Of a DNA stretch of 59,551 nt, positions 39,745 to 48,545 are shown piece after piece. This stretch comes from a virus (lineage: Duplodnaviria; Caudoviricetes), in IMG/VR virus record IMGVR_UViG_3300025789_000004, positions 1-59,551 of that record; one strand, 5' to 3'. The translations under genes and the position numbers were made by a program. Below the pieces are notes generated by a model. That model was not told the origin of the DNA. It ran no database searches and saw only the letters and a program-made list of their open reading frames with translations. The stretch's first letter is position 1; the number at the start of each line of letters is the position of its first letter.

Positions 39745-40154
39745 CTTTCAAGGATCTGCCCTTTCCGGTCTACGGGGATCTCGGCTTTCGGGGGAAGTGC
39801 CCGCTGGAGTCGCAGGAGCAGGTGTCGTTCTTCAACAAGCTGCGCCATGAGCATCCAAATACATGGGGCAAGATCGCTGTTCACGTAAAGAACGAAGGGT
39901 TGGTCCGGGGCAGTCAGTTTTCCGCCATGCAGAAACATAGGGCGATGGGTATGGTTCCGGGCGCGCCAGACATTTTCATACCCGGCGAACGCACTTTGCT
40001 GATCGAGATGAAGCGCAAGGATCACACTAAATCGAAGCTTTCCACGGAGCAGATTGAGTACCTGTCGATGGCACAAGACGCTGGCGCGTTCGTGTGCGTT
40101 GCTCTGGGCGCTGTTGCGGCATGGATGGCATTTGAGGATTGGCTGGATGGCTAG
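39741..40154 (+). CDS. VRR-NUC domain nuclease
   Basis: ESQEQ, HVKNEG, GMVPGAPD, IEMKR, LSTEQ. Confidence 0.85.
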   Translation: MTFKDLPFPVYGDLGFRGKCPLESQEQVSFFNKLRHEHPNTWGKIAVHVKNEGLVRGSQFSAMQKHRAMGMVPGAPDIFIPGERTLLIEMKRKDHTKSKLSTEQIEYLSMAQDAGAFVCVALGAVAAWMAFEDWLDG

Positions 40155-40383
40155 TGCAATCATGCGGGCAATGCTGGACGTTCTGGAGGGCATTGTTCCT
40201 TATGATGATGCCGCTCCAGCGATACAAAGCTGGGCTAGATACTTCTTCTACGAGGCTGCGGACGAGATCATCACACTTCCGACAATTGAAGATCGCCGTG
40301 CGGCACTAAGCAATATCCCTGATGGACTGCGGCCATACGTAGAAGCCGAAGTTAGGCGATTATGGGCATTTTATAGGACATAA
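40147..40383 (+). CDS. Hypothetical protein
   Basis: RRAALSNIPDGLRPYVEAEVRRLW. Confidence 0.55.
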   Translation: MASAIMRAMLDVLEGIVPYDDAAPAIQSWARYFFYEAADEIITLPTIEDRRAALSNIPDGLRPYVEAEVRRLWAFYRT

Positions 40384-40409
40384 TGTCCTTGACTACTCCC
40401 TGTGGATAA
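40375..40409. promoter_or_regulatory. Perfect operator palindrome plus DnaA box
   Basis: AGGACATAATGTCCT (40375-40389) and TGTGGATAA (40401-40409). Confidence 0.55.
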
Positions 40410-40443
40410 TCCAAAAGGGGTGCATATTCTACGGAGCGATACG

Positions 40444-40722
40444 ATGAACGATGAATTGGAATTTGCAGAGAAGATCCTGTCTGGCCGCTGGAGGCTGAAT
40501 GACCGCGTGGCCAAGGAGAGGGAATGGAAAGATGCCGCGCAAGGAGCGGTTGATGGCGATGTTTCTGAACTTGACCGTCTTCTGGATCTCGACGCGCTTT
40601 TCGATTTCTACCTTGACGAACCCCAGAGCGGAGAATGGGACTACACATTCAAAGATTGGGTAGAGGAGCAGGGCGGCTTCAAGGTGGCTGCAGCCCGTTA
40701 TTTGGAGTGGCATTCAAAGTGA
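40444..40722 (+). CDS. Hypothetical acidic protein
   Basis: GGAG RBS; coupled to the next gene. Confidence 0.5.
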   Translation: MNDELEFAEKILSGRWRLNDRVAKEREWKDAAQGAVDGDVSELDRLLDLDALFDFYLDEPQSGEWDYTFKDWVEEQGGFKVAAARYLEWHSK

Positions 40723-41192
40723 GATTGAGGGTTATTGACATCATTCGCCATGCGGTAAGGGTTACTCGCATTCCCCAAGAGGCTTTGATTGGCCAATCTC
40801 GCTTGATGGATTATGTGTGGGTTCGGAAAGCTATTGTAATGGTGGCGCGCGAACAAGGGTATTCCTATCCAGACATTGGTCGCCTCATGGGCAAAAGGCA
40901 TCATACTACAATCATGCATGCCGACCGTTGCGCCAAGAAAATGGTAAAGGACGATGATCGTTTCGCCCGCCTTGTGGAAGAACTTCGGCGGTCTGAGCCA
41001 GAGTTCACTACGGAGAAGCGGACCATAGCAATTCCCCGCGCGAAGGAGCCAATTAGCGATGATTTGGTTGTTGTACGTATTCGTCCTGACGCTGATCCAG
41101 AAGAAAACTTAGGTCGCGATACGGACGCCATGCAGCGCAAGATTGGAAGTGATAGGCTATTGAATGCCCTATTGGCAGCGAGGTCGGCATGA
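40719..41192 (+). CDS. DnaA C-terminal (domain IV)-like HTH protein
   Basis: R..SYPDIGRLMGKRHHTTIMHA resembles DnaA SLPxIGxxFGGRDHTTVxHA. Confidence 0.75.
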   Translation: MRLRVIDIIRHAVRVTRIPQEALIGQSRLMDYVWVRKAIVMVAREQGYSYPDIGRLMGKRHHTTIMHADRCAKKMVKDDDRFARLVEELRRSEPEFTTEKRTIAIPRAKEPISDDLVVVRIRPDADPEENLGRDTDAMQRKIGSDRLLNALLAARSA

Positions 41193-41371
41193 TAGATCCA
41201 CAGACAATGCAATTGGCTCGAAAGATGTGCGCGGAGAGCAAGAAATGGGGCCGTGTCCCAGAGAAAGCTATCTTGAGCGGCGCATGGGATACGGGCCATA
41301 TAGTGCTACAGTATGTGCCTGATGCAGAGATAGCACTTATCAAGATGCAGCAGGAAAAGAGCGAAGACTGA
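41189..41371 (+). CDS. Hypothetical protein
   Basis: Coupled small ORF. Confidence 0.45.
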   Translation: MIDPQTMQLARKMCAESKKWGRVPEKAILSGAWDTGHIVLQYVPDAEIALIKMQQEKSED

Positions 41372-41391
41372 TTTTATTGGAAGGATATTTT

Positions 41392-42660
41392 ATGAGCGAC
41401 CTGCATAAATTTCTGCAAGACTGGCTTGATGCCGCGACCGGCAAGATCGAGAAACCGGCATGGTACGACGACGCCAGAGGCCTGTGCGCCTGCGCGTATC
41501 ATTGGGATCATGCGCGGGTCGGTACGCGCGCGTACCCAGAGCTTAAGCATCGCATAGGGGAAGATTTCAGGGATGCCTACATATACCCGTTCGGCGGGGT
41601 GAATCGGTTCAACCGGGATATTCGTGACGGCACCATGCACCTGAACAAGGAGCGCCTCGAGTGGGTCCGGAAGGTGCTGGCCGAGACCGTGTGGGGTGCG
41701 GTGATTGATATTGAGGTGGTCCGCGAGCGGCCCGACTGGCTGAAGGCCAGCGACATCTGCGATATCAAGGATCGTGGCGTGTGGACAGGCGGGTGCGGCA
41801 GGTTCAAGGCGTCGGAATGGTTCTGGCACAAGGACGTCACGCAGATCAAACTGCTGGCCGACCACGCCTACTACTCCGTGCAGGACTATAACAAGGAGCA
41901 CGGCACGTCCTACACGTACTGGGGCGGGCAGGGCGACAAGCCTGCCGACTGGGACGGCAGCGACGTAGTGCTGCGTAATGGCAAAACGGTCCCCAGCCCG
42001 GTCAGCTGGAGCCACCCTTGGGGGGGACACGGAGACGAAGAATTCGACGTCATCGGCTACACGCGCAAGGCCGATGACCTCAAGGACTTCCTGACCGAGT
42101 GGCTCGAGTGTGCGACATCGGATCGGGAAGGGCCGTTGTGGTTCAGTCGCGCGTTTGGCCTTTGCTACTGCGCGGAAATGTGGGACGGCTCGAAGGGGCG
42201 TAATGCTCGTGAGCCGCTTAAGGGAAAGCTCAGGGCGGACTTTCCCAGATTCCACCTCTTTCCCTTTGGTGGCAACGACCGCTATCTTGATGATAAGCAT
42301 GACGAGGCAGCGCACCAGAACCCTGAGCGCCTCGCGTGGGTCCGCAAGACGCTGGGCCTGACGCCTCCGGCCGAGGATACCGTTGCCGCCGGGGATACTG
42401 TGGACGCATATGCCGCGCTGCGGGGCATCCTCGACGAGGCGTACAACCAGTCCGCCAAGGGCGCGCGTCAGCGCGGCGCCACGATCTATCGCAACACCAC
42501 GGTCACCGGCATCGGCTTCCCCACCGGGCAGGCGATCAAGAAGATCACCGAGGCCGTGGGTATGCTGGGCCGGGGCGAGGGTGACGCAGCCGCGCGTGAG
42601 CTGCTGGGCGCCATTGTCTACACGGCGGCGGCGGTCAAATTCATCAGAGAGGGGGAATAA
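41392..42660 (+). CDS. Mosaic multidomain protein with an internal duplicated domain
   Basis: Two copies of FL..WL..AT..GLC.CA..WD..PFGG..H.N.ERL.WVRK.L; helical C-terminal domain. Confidence 0.7.
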   Translation: MSDLHKFLQDWLDAATGKIEKPAWYDDARGLCACAYHWDHARVGTRAYPELKHRIGEDFRDAYIYPFGGVNRFNRDIRDGTMHLNKERLEWVRKVLAETVWGAVIDIEVVRERPDWLKASDICDIKDRGVWTGGCGRFKASEWFWHKDVTQIKLLADHAYYSVQDYNKEHGTSYTYWGGQGDKPADWDGSDVVLRNGKTVPSPVSWSHPWGGHGDEEFDVIGYTRKADDLKDFLTEWLECATSDREGPLWFSRAFGLCYCAEMWDGSKGRNAREPLKGKLRADFPRFHLFPFGGNDRYLDDKHDEAAHQNPERLAWVRKTLGLTPPAEDTVAAGDTVDAYAALRGILDEAYNQSAKGARQRGATIYRNTTVTGIGFPTGQAIKKITEAVGMLGRGEGDAAARELLGAIVYTAAAVKFIREGE

Positions 42661-42661
42661 A

Positions 42662-43060
42662 GTGAAATATTGGTATTACTGGAAAGGCGATGAAGTGCCG
42701 TTCGAAAGCATCGTCGGCAAGACATTCAGCTCCATCACTCACGACCAATCTGACGATCGGGTCGTCTTTCTGTCCAGCGAGGGGGAGACGTACGTCATGG
42801 GCCACTCTGAAGAATGCTGTGAGCACGTCTACCTTGAGGACACCTCGGGAGACCTGATCGACCTCGTGGGGACTCCGATCCTTATGGCGGAGAAGGTGTC
42901 GAACAAGGAAAACCCCAAAGAGCCTGAAGACGCCGAATACGGAGATTTCGAGTGGACGTTCTACAAGCTCGCGACCGTCAAGGGCCACGTGACCCTGCGC
43001 TGGTACGGCACCAGCAATGGGTTTTACGGCGTCGGTGTCGACTTCGTGAAGATGAAGTGA
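42662..43060 (+). CDS. Conserved phage protein
   Basis: HSEECCEHV, WTFYKLATVKG, RWYGTSNGFY. Confidence 0.7.
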   Translation: MKYWYYWKGDEVPFESIVGKTFSSITHDQSDDRVVFLSSEGETYVMGHSEECCEHVYLEDTSGDLIDLVGTPILMAEKVSNKENPKEPEDAEYGDFEWTFYKLATVKGHVTLRWYGTSNGFYGVGVDFVKMK

Positions 43061-43140
43061 GCCCCGCCCTCCGGCAATGGTTGTGGGATAATTTCGGCTG
43101 GGACGTATACGACTGGGCCGATGAAGATCTGAGGTTTTGA
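43057..43140 (+). CDS. Trp-rich micro-ORF, copy B (27 aa)
   Basis: MSPALRQWLWDNFGWDVYDWADEDLRF; GTGA coupling. Confidence 0.7.
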   Translation: MSPALRQWLWDNFGWDVYDWADEDLRF

Positions 43141-43141
43141 T

Positions 43142-43405
43142 ATGGAAGATGATGCAATCCCCCAGTGGGCGCTGGACGAGGCCGTGAAGCGGCTGAATGT
43201 TGGCCGAACCCTTCATTACAACTGCGATATGCACAGCACACAAGTACTCGCCCGCATGATCGCGAAGCATGAGAATCCGCCAGTCGATTCTGACGAGGAG
43301 GCGGTGAATCGGATACTCAGGGCGGCTTTTCCGCGCGGCGTGATTTATTCTGAAGATAAAGCCCGCGCCCTCGCCCAATACAAGAAGGAGATTGGCCGTG
43401 GTTGA
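43142..43405 (+). CDS. Hypothetical protein
   Basis: Coupled ORF. Confidence 0.5.
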   Translation: MEDDAIPQWALDEAVKRLNVGRTLHYNCDMHSTQVLARMIAKHENPPVDSDEEAVNRILRAAFPRGVIYSEDKARALAQYKKEIGRG

Positions 43406-43883
43406 ATTGACAAGAAACGACATTGGCAAAATGTATCGGGTGCCGTGGTCCCCCAATCCCCACCAGTTGCAGGAAATCCACCCGCGTCATTGTTCGCTGC
43501 ATGGCGATTTTTTGTGGATGGAAGCCGGACTGCGCAAAGCGCGAAATTCAACCGTTCGCCCATGGGGGTCTCTTTCCATGGTCAAGGCGGATGATCCGCG
43601 TATCGAAGAATGGGAAGCGAAGCATGGTTGACCTTGAGAAGCACGCCAAGGCGATAGCCGCAGCGTACCTAATAGTGCCAACGCCCGAAAAACCCACGCC
43701 ATTCCTCGCCGCCTGTCGCGCGCTGTTTGATGCTGGGGCTGAGGCGATGCGGGAGGCGGCAGTGAATATCATCGAAAATATGAGTCCATACGCTGATGAT
43801 TGCTGCCACGACACCCGTGGGGATTGTGTGCAGGCCATCCATAATTGCGCCATCCAACCCGCCAGCGTGATCGAGGTGACGAA

Positions 43884-44393
43884 ATGACCGAGCAACCGAC
43901 GCAGGATGATCGCAAGACTGTATACATTGACCCGCCCGGATTGGCCAAAGCGTGGAACGCATACAGGGCCAACATCATCGCCATGCCTTCGTCCTACAAG
44001 GCGTGCGAAGTTGGCTTTTCGGCAGGATACAGCGCCGCATGGAACACGCGGACCGACCCCAGCGCCGAAGTGCCGGACGCCGTGGAGCGGGTCGCGCGGG
44101 CGATATGCAGTGGCCACGGTAATGATCCAGACGAATTCCTGAAGGCGTTGGGTTTTCGCAGATGGGTTATGTATCAACCACACGCCCGCGCCGCCATTGC
44201 CGCAATGCCCGGAGGCGGCCCCGGCGCTTGGGTGCCAGCGGATCATCTGGCCGAGGCTAACCGTGAGATAGCGCGGCTGCGGGAGGCTCTGCAATTGGCA
44301 GATGCCGCCCTTAGCGGTGCCAACATGAATATGAATGTTGTTGAGCGCAAAGTGAAGGCAGCCCTGAAGGAGCACGCCGATGACCCTGCTTGA
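43884..44393 (+). CDS. Hypothetical mosaic protein
   Basis: AAWNTR, VERVARAI, ARAAIAAM short motifs typical of phage accessory genes. Confidence 0.55.
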   Translation: MTEQPTQDDRKTVYIDPPGLAKAWNAYRANIIAMPSSYKACEVGFSAGYSAAWNTRTDPSAEVPDAVERVARAICSGHGNDPDEFLKALGFRRWVMYQPHARAAIAAMPGGGPGAWVPADHLAEANREIARLREALQLADAALSGANMNMNVVERKVKAALKEHADDPA

Positions 44394-45077
44394 AATGCTG
44401 AAGCGTGAGCAGCCGATGGCCGCAAGCTATTTTCATGATGGAACCGTAACCCACTGGCATCCCCTTCCGGAGGGCCCTGCGTCATGACCGTCACCGCATC
44501 ATGCGGCCACGCCGTGCAGTCCGCCGATGACCTTGTCCCGGTCGAGTATGCGGACGAAGTTTGCGACGCCGTGGAGGGGTTTCTGCCTGCCACGGTGTAC
44601 GCCGTCTTCTGCCCCGAATGCGCCAGCGCCCACAAGGAGCCGACAACATGATTGAGATTACAGACGCTGATCGTCAGGCGGCGAACGAGTTTTGTGCGCG
44701 TCCGCGCCATGAGCAAATTTATCTTGCCGAAGCCTTCGCCGCCCACCGTGAGGCGGCGGTGCGCGACATGCGCGAGCGTGCGGCCAAGGAGGCTGATGAC
44801 TTTTGGGATTTGGACTCGGCAACGGACCGCATCCGGGCCCTGCCATTGGGGGGCAAGTGATGGCCAGACTATCACAGCCCTGCCCCCTTATCGGGGTCGC
44901 GTGCGAGTACGTGCCGCTGGCGCACAGTGCGGAGAGGGCGGCATCGGACGAGCGGGCACGCATCGTCCAGTGGCTGCGGTCCCGCGACCCGCATGATCCT
45001 GTGGTGAGAAACACACTGGACTATTACGGCGACGCCATCGAGTGCGGCGAGCATTGGGAAGACAAGGCGTGACCTAT

Positions 45078-45542
45078 ATGCTACACGGGGTGACTATCCC
45101 GGAGAACAGTATGGCAAGGCCGCGGTACGAGACAGTCGAGGACCTCACCCGCGAGCAGCGGGTGGCAGTACGCATCGGTGAATTCCTTGGCCGGGACTTC
45201 GAGAAGATGGACGCCAATAGTGGCGGGGACTTCCTGTATACTGCCCCGGGCAAGCCCAGCGTCGTCGTGGAGATAAAGACGCGCACGAACGCCTGCGGCA
45301 AGTACCCGACCTATATGGTCAGCAAGAACAAGTATGACCGGCTGTGCAGCTGGCACGCCAAGGGCTACAAGGCCACCCTGTTCGTGCATTGGACCGACAT
45401 GGTCGGGTACGTCATGGTGCCCTGCGATGGGATCACGTTCGGGAAGGGCGGACGCACCGACCGCAACGACGCCCTCGACACCGGGACAATGGCGTACATC
45501 CCCACAAACAATTTCAAAAGTATCGGACCGAGCGTCTTGTGA
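45078..45542 (+). CDS. PD-(D/E)XK-like nuclease
   Basis: GDF..VVEIKTR, GGRTDRND. Confidence 0.6.
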   Translation: MLHGVTIPENSMARPRYETVEDLTREQRVAVRIGEFLGRDFEKMDANSGGDFLYTAPGKPSVVVEIKTRTNACGKYPTYMVSKNKYDRLCSWHAKGYKATLFVHWTDMVGYVMVPCDGITFGKGGRTDRNDALDTGTMAYIPTNNFKSIGPSVL

Positions 45543-45691
45543 GCATCAACCGCGCCATAGCCGTCCACCTCACCAAGGCGGTCGGGACGATGTGGTGCGT
45601 GTACGCCTTCACTGTACTCTCTTTGTTCCCCATCGCCGTCCCGGCGTCGACCGGGGCGATCCAGTACATCAGCAGCGGCTCCGGAGCCTAG
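45539..45691 (+). pseudogene. Truncated 5' half of a membrane-protein gene, interrupted by the HNH cassette
   Basis: MSINRAIAVHLTKAVGTMWCVYAF..AIQYISSG then stop; paralogous to the N-terminus of 46328-46642. Confidence 0.65.
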
Positions 45692-45692
45692 T

Positions 45693-46340
45693 GTGGACTA
45701 CACAAAGCACTACGAAAATTTGGTCAGTAGGGCTATTGGACGTACCTTGGTTGGGTATAGCGAGCGCCACCACATCCTGCCTAAGTGCATGGGGGGAGGG
45801 GACGAGGGCAGCAATCTAGTTAGCCTTACTCCGAGGGAGCACTTCTTCGCCCACCAGCTGCTCCTAAAAATGTACCCGAACGTCAGGGGTCTGGCATACG
45901 CCGCGATGCTGATGTCGGGAAAGTCCGCCTACAGCAAGGGGTCCAGAAGGTATGGCTGGCTGAGAGAAAGGTACCGAGAAACGGGAAGGTCAAAAGAGCA
46001 CTGCGAGAACATATCGAAAGCAAAGATGGGCAAGGTAACAGAGGCTATGCGCAGGCCAAAGTCGGAAGAGCATAAGGCTGCATTGCGGAGGCCAAAGAGC
46101 CCGGAACATATCGCCAAGATAAAAAAGCTTGCCTGCACTCCTGAGGGCAGGGCAGTTAGGTCAGCGAACTCGAGGGGGAGGACAATCAGTGCCGAGCAAA
46201 AAGCCAAGCAATCGAAGGCAATGAAGGGGAGGCCCGGGCCCAGAAAAGGTATCCCCATGTCTGAAGAGGCAAAAATAAAACTATCAAATTCACAAAAAGA
46301 AAGACTAGCTAAGAGAAAGAGAGAGCAATGTCCTCTATAA
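45693..46340 (+). CDS. Free-standing HNH homing endonuclease with NUMOD3-like repeats
   Basis: ERHHILPKCMGGGDEGSNLVSLTPREHFFAHQLL; SEEHK, SPEH, SEEAKIKLS repeats. Confidence 0.9.
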   Translation: MDYTKHYENLVSRAIGRTLVGYSERHHILPKCMGGGDEGSNLVSLTPREHFFAHQLLLKMYPNVRGLAYAAMLMSGKSAYSKGSRRYGWLRERYRETGRSKEHCENISKAKMGKVTEAMRRPKSEEHKAALRRPKSPEHIAKIKKLACTPEGRAVRSANSRGRTISAEQKAKQSKAMKGRPGPRKGIPMSEEAKIKLSNSQKERLAKRKREQCPL

Positions 46341-46642
46341 ACAGAAAGCTGTCTGTTGTTTTGACGTCTTGCCTCGGTAGCATGTGGTGCTTTTATGCAT
46401 TTGTACTTCTGGAAATGTCGCCTATAGCCTTCCCGAATAGCATGGACACAGTACTTTACTTGTCTAACTGCATACAACTAGCCTTTATGCCCGCCATCAT
46501 GGTGGGCAGTGCAATCCTCAACGAGGAGGCAGAAGACCGGGCGCGGCAGGACCACGAGATACTGATCCAAGAGCTGCAAATGCTCCGGGACATCCTTGAT
46601 GCCTTAAATCTGGCCACACAGGGCCACACAGAGGAGAAGTAG
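46328..46642 (+). CDS. Small membrane protein (DUF1003-like)
   Basis: GSMWCFYAF, IQLAFMPAIMVG, RARQDHE. Confidence 0.65.
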   Translation: MSSINRKLSVVLTSCLGSMWCFYAFVLLEMSPIAFPNSMDTVLYLSNCIQLAFMPAIMVGSAILNEEAEDRARQDHEILIQELQMLRDILDALNLATQGHTEEK

Positions 46643-46645
46643 ACA

Positions 46646-46885
46646 ATGAGCATCATGACACGCCTGTTTCCCCACAAGGCCCTGAGAGAGGCTCTGAGCC
46701 GCATCAGGGACCACGAGGCAACAATCCTCAGCCAGCACCGGCGTCTGTGTGAAAGGGAGCGCCTCATCCGGGAGCAAGAGGCAACCATCGCCAGCAAGGA
46801 CTCGCGCATCCGCCTCCAGAAGGAGGAAATCATGCGATTGAACGACATTACCAAGGCGACAGATAATGGATCAAAATTTGATTAA
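46646..46885 (+). CDS. Coiled-coil hypothetical protein
   Basis: GAGGAG RBS; IRDHEATI/IREQEATI repeat. Confidence 0.5.
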   Translation: MSIMTRLFPHKALREALSRIRDHEATILSQHRRLCERERLIREQEATIASKDSRIRLQKEEIMRLNDITKATDNGSKFD

Positions 46886-47069
46886 CCTGCTTTGGTACGG
46901 AAGCATGAACACCGAAGGCGAGGTGGCCATTCTGCTCCAATACGCCGCCATGCGCCTCACGCAGCTTAAGGAAGTGGCTGAGGAAGCCAGTCTATGGGAT
47001 AAGGGAAGTGGCGGACCCGGTGAAATGGCCCGCCGCATCCTTGGCGAAATGCGCCACAACAATCACTGA
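46866..47069 (+). CDS. Hypothetical protein
   Basis: Overlapping small ORF. Confidence 0.4.
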   Translation: MDQNLINLLWYGSMNTEGEVAILLQYAAMRLTQLKEVAEEASLWDKGSGGPGEMARRILGEMRHNNH

Positions 47070-47251
47070 GGGGTATAGCCCGCCAGAATTGCTTCGATCG
47101 CTACTGATGTTGGCCCCGGAATGGCGCATTGACCGCTCTCGTAGCGGCGGATAGTACGGTCAGAATTGTCGCTCATGCGCAGGACCTTAGCCAATTCAGA
47201 TTGCGTAAGCCCCAGTTTCAGGCGGGCCTTGATAAATTTGTCTTTATGCAT
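47063..47251 (-). CDS. XRE-family HTH regulator
   Basis: ARLKLGLTQSELAKVL..RTIRRYESG..IP; AAGGA RBS; upstream TTGACA and operator at 47278-47292. Confidence 0.85.
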   Translation of the reverse strand: MHKDKFIKARLKLGLTQSELAKVLRMSDNSDRTIRRYESGQCAIPGPTSVAIEAILAGYTPQ

Positions 47252-47315
47252 TAGTGTTCCTTTCATGAAACTTATGTAGGGCGTTTCGTCCTAATGTCAA
47301 CCATAGGCTTACAGT

Positions 47316-47543
47316 ATGCGATTCCAGATCACGATGAATATGCCTTCACGAAACGGGAATTCGGTCCATCAGATCATCGGTGACTATCCCGCCAACTCCC
47401 TTGAAGAACTTGTCAACATTATATCGCAGTCTGACTTCATTGTTGTGGATGAGATCTACAAAGATAACGATGGGCTATACAGCAACGGGAATATCGCAAT
47501 TAACCCGTTGTTCATTGGAAAGATCAAGGTGTTCAAGCAGTGA
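47316..47543 (+). CDS. Conserved hypothetical protein
   Basis: MRFQITMNMPSR..HQII..IGKIK. Confidence 0.6.
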   Translation: MRFQITMNMPSRNGNSVHQIIGDYPANSLEELVNIISQSDFIVVDEIYKDNDGLYSNGNIAINPLFIGKIKVFKQ

Positions 47544-47785
47544 AAGCCAGCCATATGTACGGCATTGCCGTGGAAGAAGATCAGATCAATCACCCTGCGC
47601 ACTATACGTCTGGCGGGATCGAGACGATTGACTACATCCAATCGAAGATGACTGTCGAGCAGTTCCATGGCTACTGCCTTGGAAACGCTATGAAGTACAT
47701 CAGTCGCGCCGGTAAGAAGGACAACTTCCGGCAGGACATCGCTAAGGCCGCTTGGTACCTGAACCTCATCCTTACGGTAGGGTGA
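47540..47785 (+). CDS. DUF3310 family protein
   Basis: INHPAHYTSGGIETIDYI..GNAMKYISRAGKK..DIAKAAWYL. Confidence 0.9.
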   Translation: MKASHMYGIAVEEDQINHPAHYTSGGIETIDYIQSKMTVEQFHGYCLGNAMKYISRAGKKDNFRQDIAKAAWYLNLILTVG

Positions 47786-48245
47786 TCGCCCAATTATGCG
47801 CCTGCAAGGCGTAGGTTACAGAGGTTGTGCAGGCTTGCACGTCGTCGGCGGATACCATGACGGAATCGGCGGGCATGCCTGCAGGAACGGCGGGATCCGG
47901 ACTTTGGGCGCTGGCAACGGCTGGGCCGCCTGAACCTGCAGGGGCTTTGAGGCGCACGCGGTCAGCGGCAATATACTTAGAAGCAGCGGCATCAGCCGCA
48001 GCCGATTGGGATTGATAATCATTTTGGACCTTTTCAGAAAGCTGTTTGTACCGGGCCTCCGCCTGATCGTGGGCCTGCTGGGCTTGCTGCTGTGCTACTA
48101 CTTGTGCAGCCTTATAGCTGCTTTCAACGCTAAGTAGTTGCGCATGCCACTTATGGCTCTCGTGGTAGAAGTATCCTGCCACGGCGATAAGCAGCAAGAA
48201 GGATGCCGGGACGGCACCCTTAAGCAAGCCCAGCGGACTGATCAC
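47772..48245 (-). CDS. Rz-like inner-membrane spanin
   Basis: N-terminal TM, coiled coil, C-terminal Cys; in the lysis cassette. Confidence 0.7.
   Translation of the reverse strand: MISPLGLLKGAVPASFLLLIAVAGYFYHESHKWHAQLLSVESSYKAAQVVAQQQAQQAHDQAEARYKQLSEKVQNDYQSQSAAADAAASKYIAADRVRLKAPAGSGGPAVASAQSPDPAVPAGMPADSVMVSADDVQACTTSVTYALQAHNWAITLP
47816..48022 (-). CDS. Rz1-like outer-membrane spanin embedded in Rz
   Basis: Signal peptide with lipobox LTA-C, Pro-rich mature part with Cys; alternate frame within Rz. Confidence 0.65.
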   Translation of the reverse strand: MIINPNRLRLMPLLLSILPLTACASKPLQVQAAQPLPAPKVRIPPFLQACPPIPSWYPPTTCKPAQPL

Positions 48246-48376
48246 AGAATGTGGCCAATCAGCGCTGCCAAAATGATGACAGGCACCCAGTAGGGCCAAT
48301 CATGCCGGTAAGTGAGTAGGATATACTGCCATTCCGTGACAAGTTCGGTTTCGATCTCGGATTCGATGTCATCCAT
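48242..48376 (-). CDS. Small single-TM protein (44 aa)
   Basis: Manual translation MDDIESEIETELVTEWQYILLTYRHDWPYWVPVIILAALIGHIL; GGAG RBS. Confidence 0.5.
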   Translation of the reverse strand: MDDIESEIETELVTEWQYILLTYRHDWPYWVPVIILAALIGHIL

Positions 48377-48542
48377 TGTCAGTCTCCGTGCTTGTGGGAA
48401 CCAGTGTGCCGATCACGGCCACGACCATGGCAACATACGACCATGGGGCATTCAGTGCAGCAGCGCCTGTAGCACCTGCACCAATAGCAGCCCATGTCGA
48501 GCGCTCGTTCAGGCGTGCCTTGATATAACTGATAATGCGCAT
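48369..48542 (-). CDS. Putative holin (57 aa)
   Basis: Manual translation MRIISYIKARLNERSTWAAIGAGATG..VAMVVAVIGTLVP; two hydrophobic segments; AAGGAG RBS after endolysin. Confidence 0.6.
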   Translation of the reverse strand: MRIISYIKARLNERSTWAAIGAGATGAAALNAPWSYVAMVVAVIGTLVPTSTETDNG

Positions 48543-48545
48543 GCG

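Noticed and set aside
37851-43140. The duplicated ~85-bp segments as att sites or TR/VR pair
   Set aside because: Differences are mostly synonymous and not adenine-specific; no integrase or RT recognised
44380-44487. 35-aa ORF ending VTHWHPLP (DUF551-like tail)
   Set aside because: Probably a recombination remnant; too short to support a call
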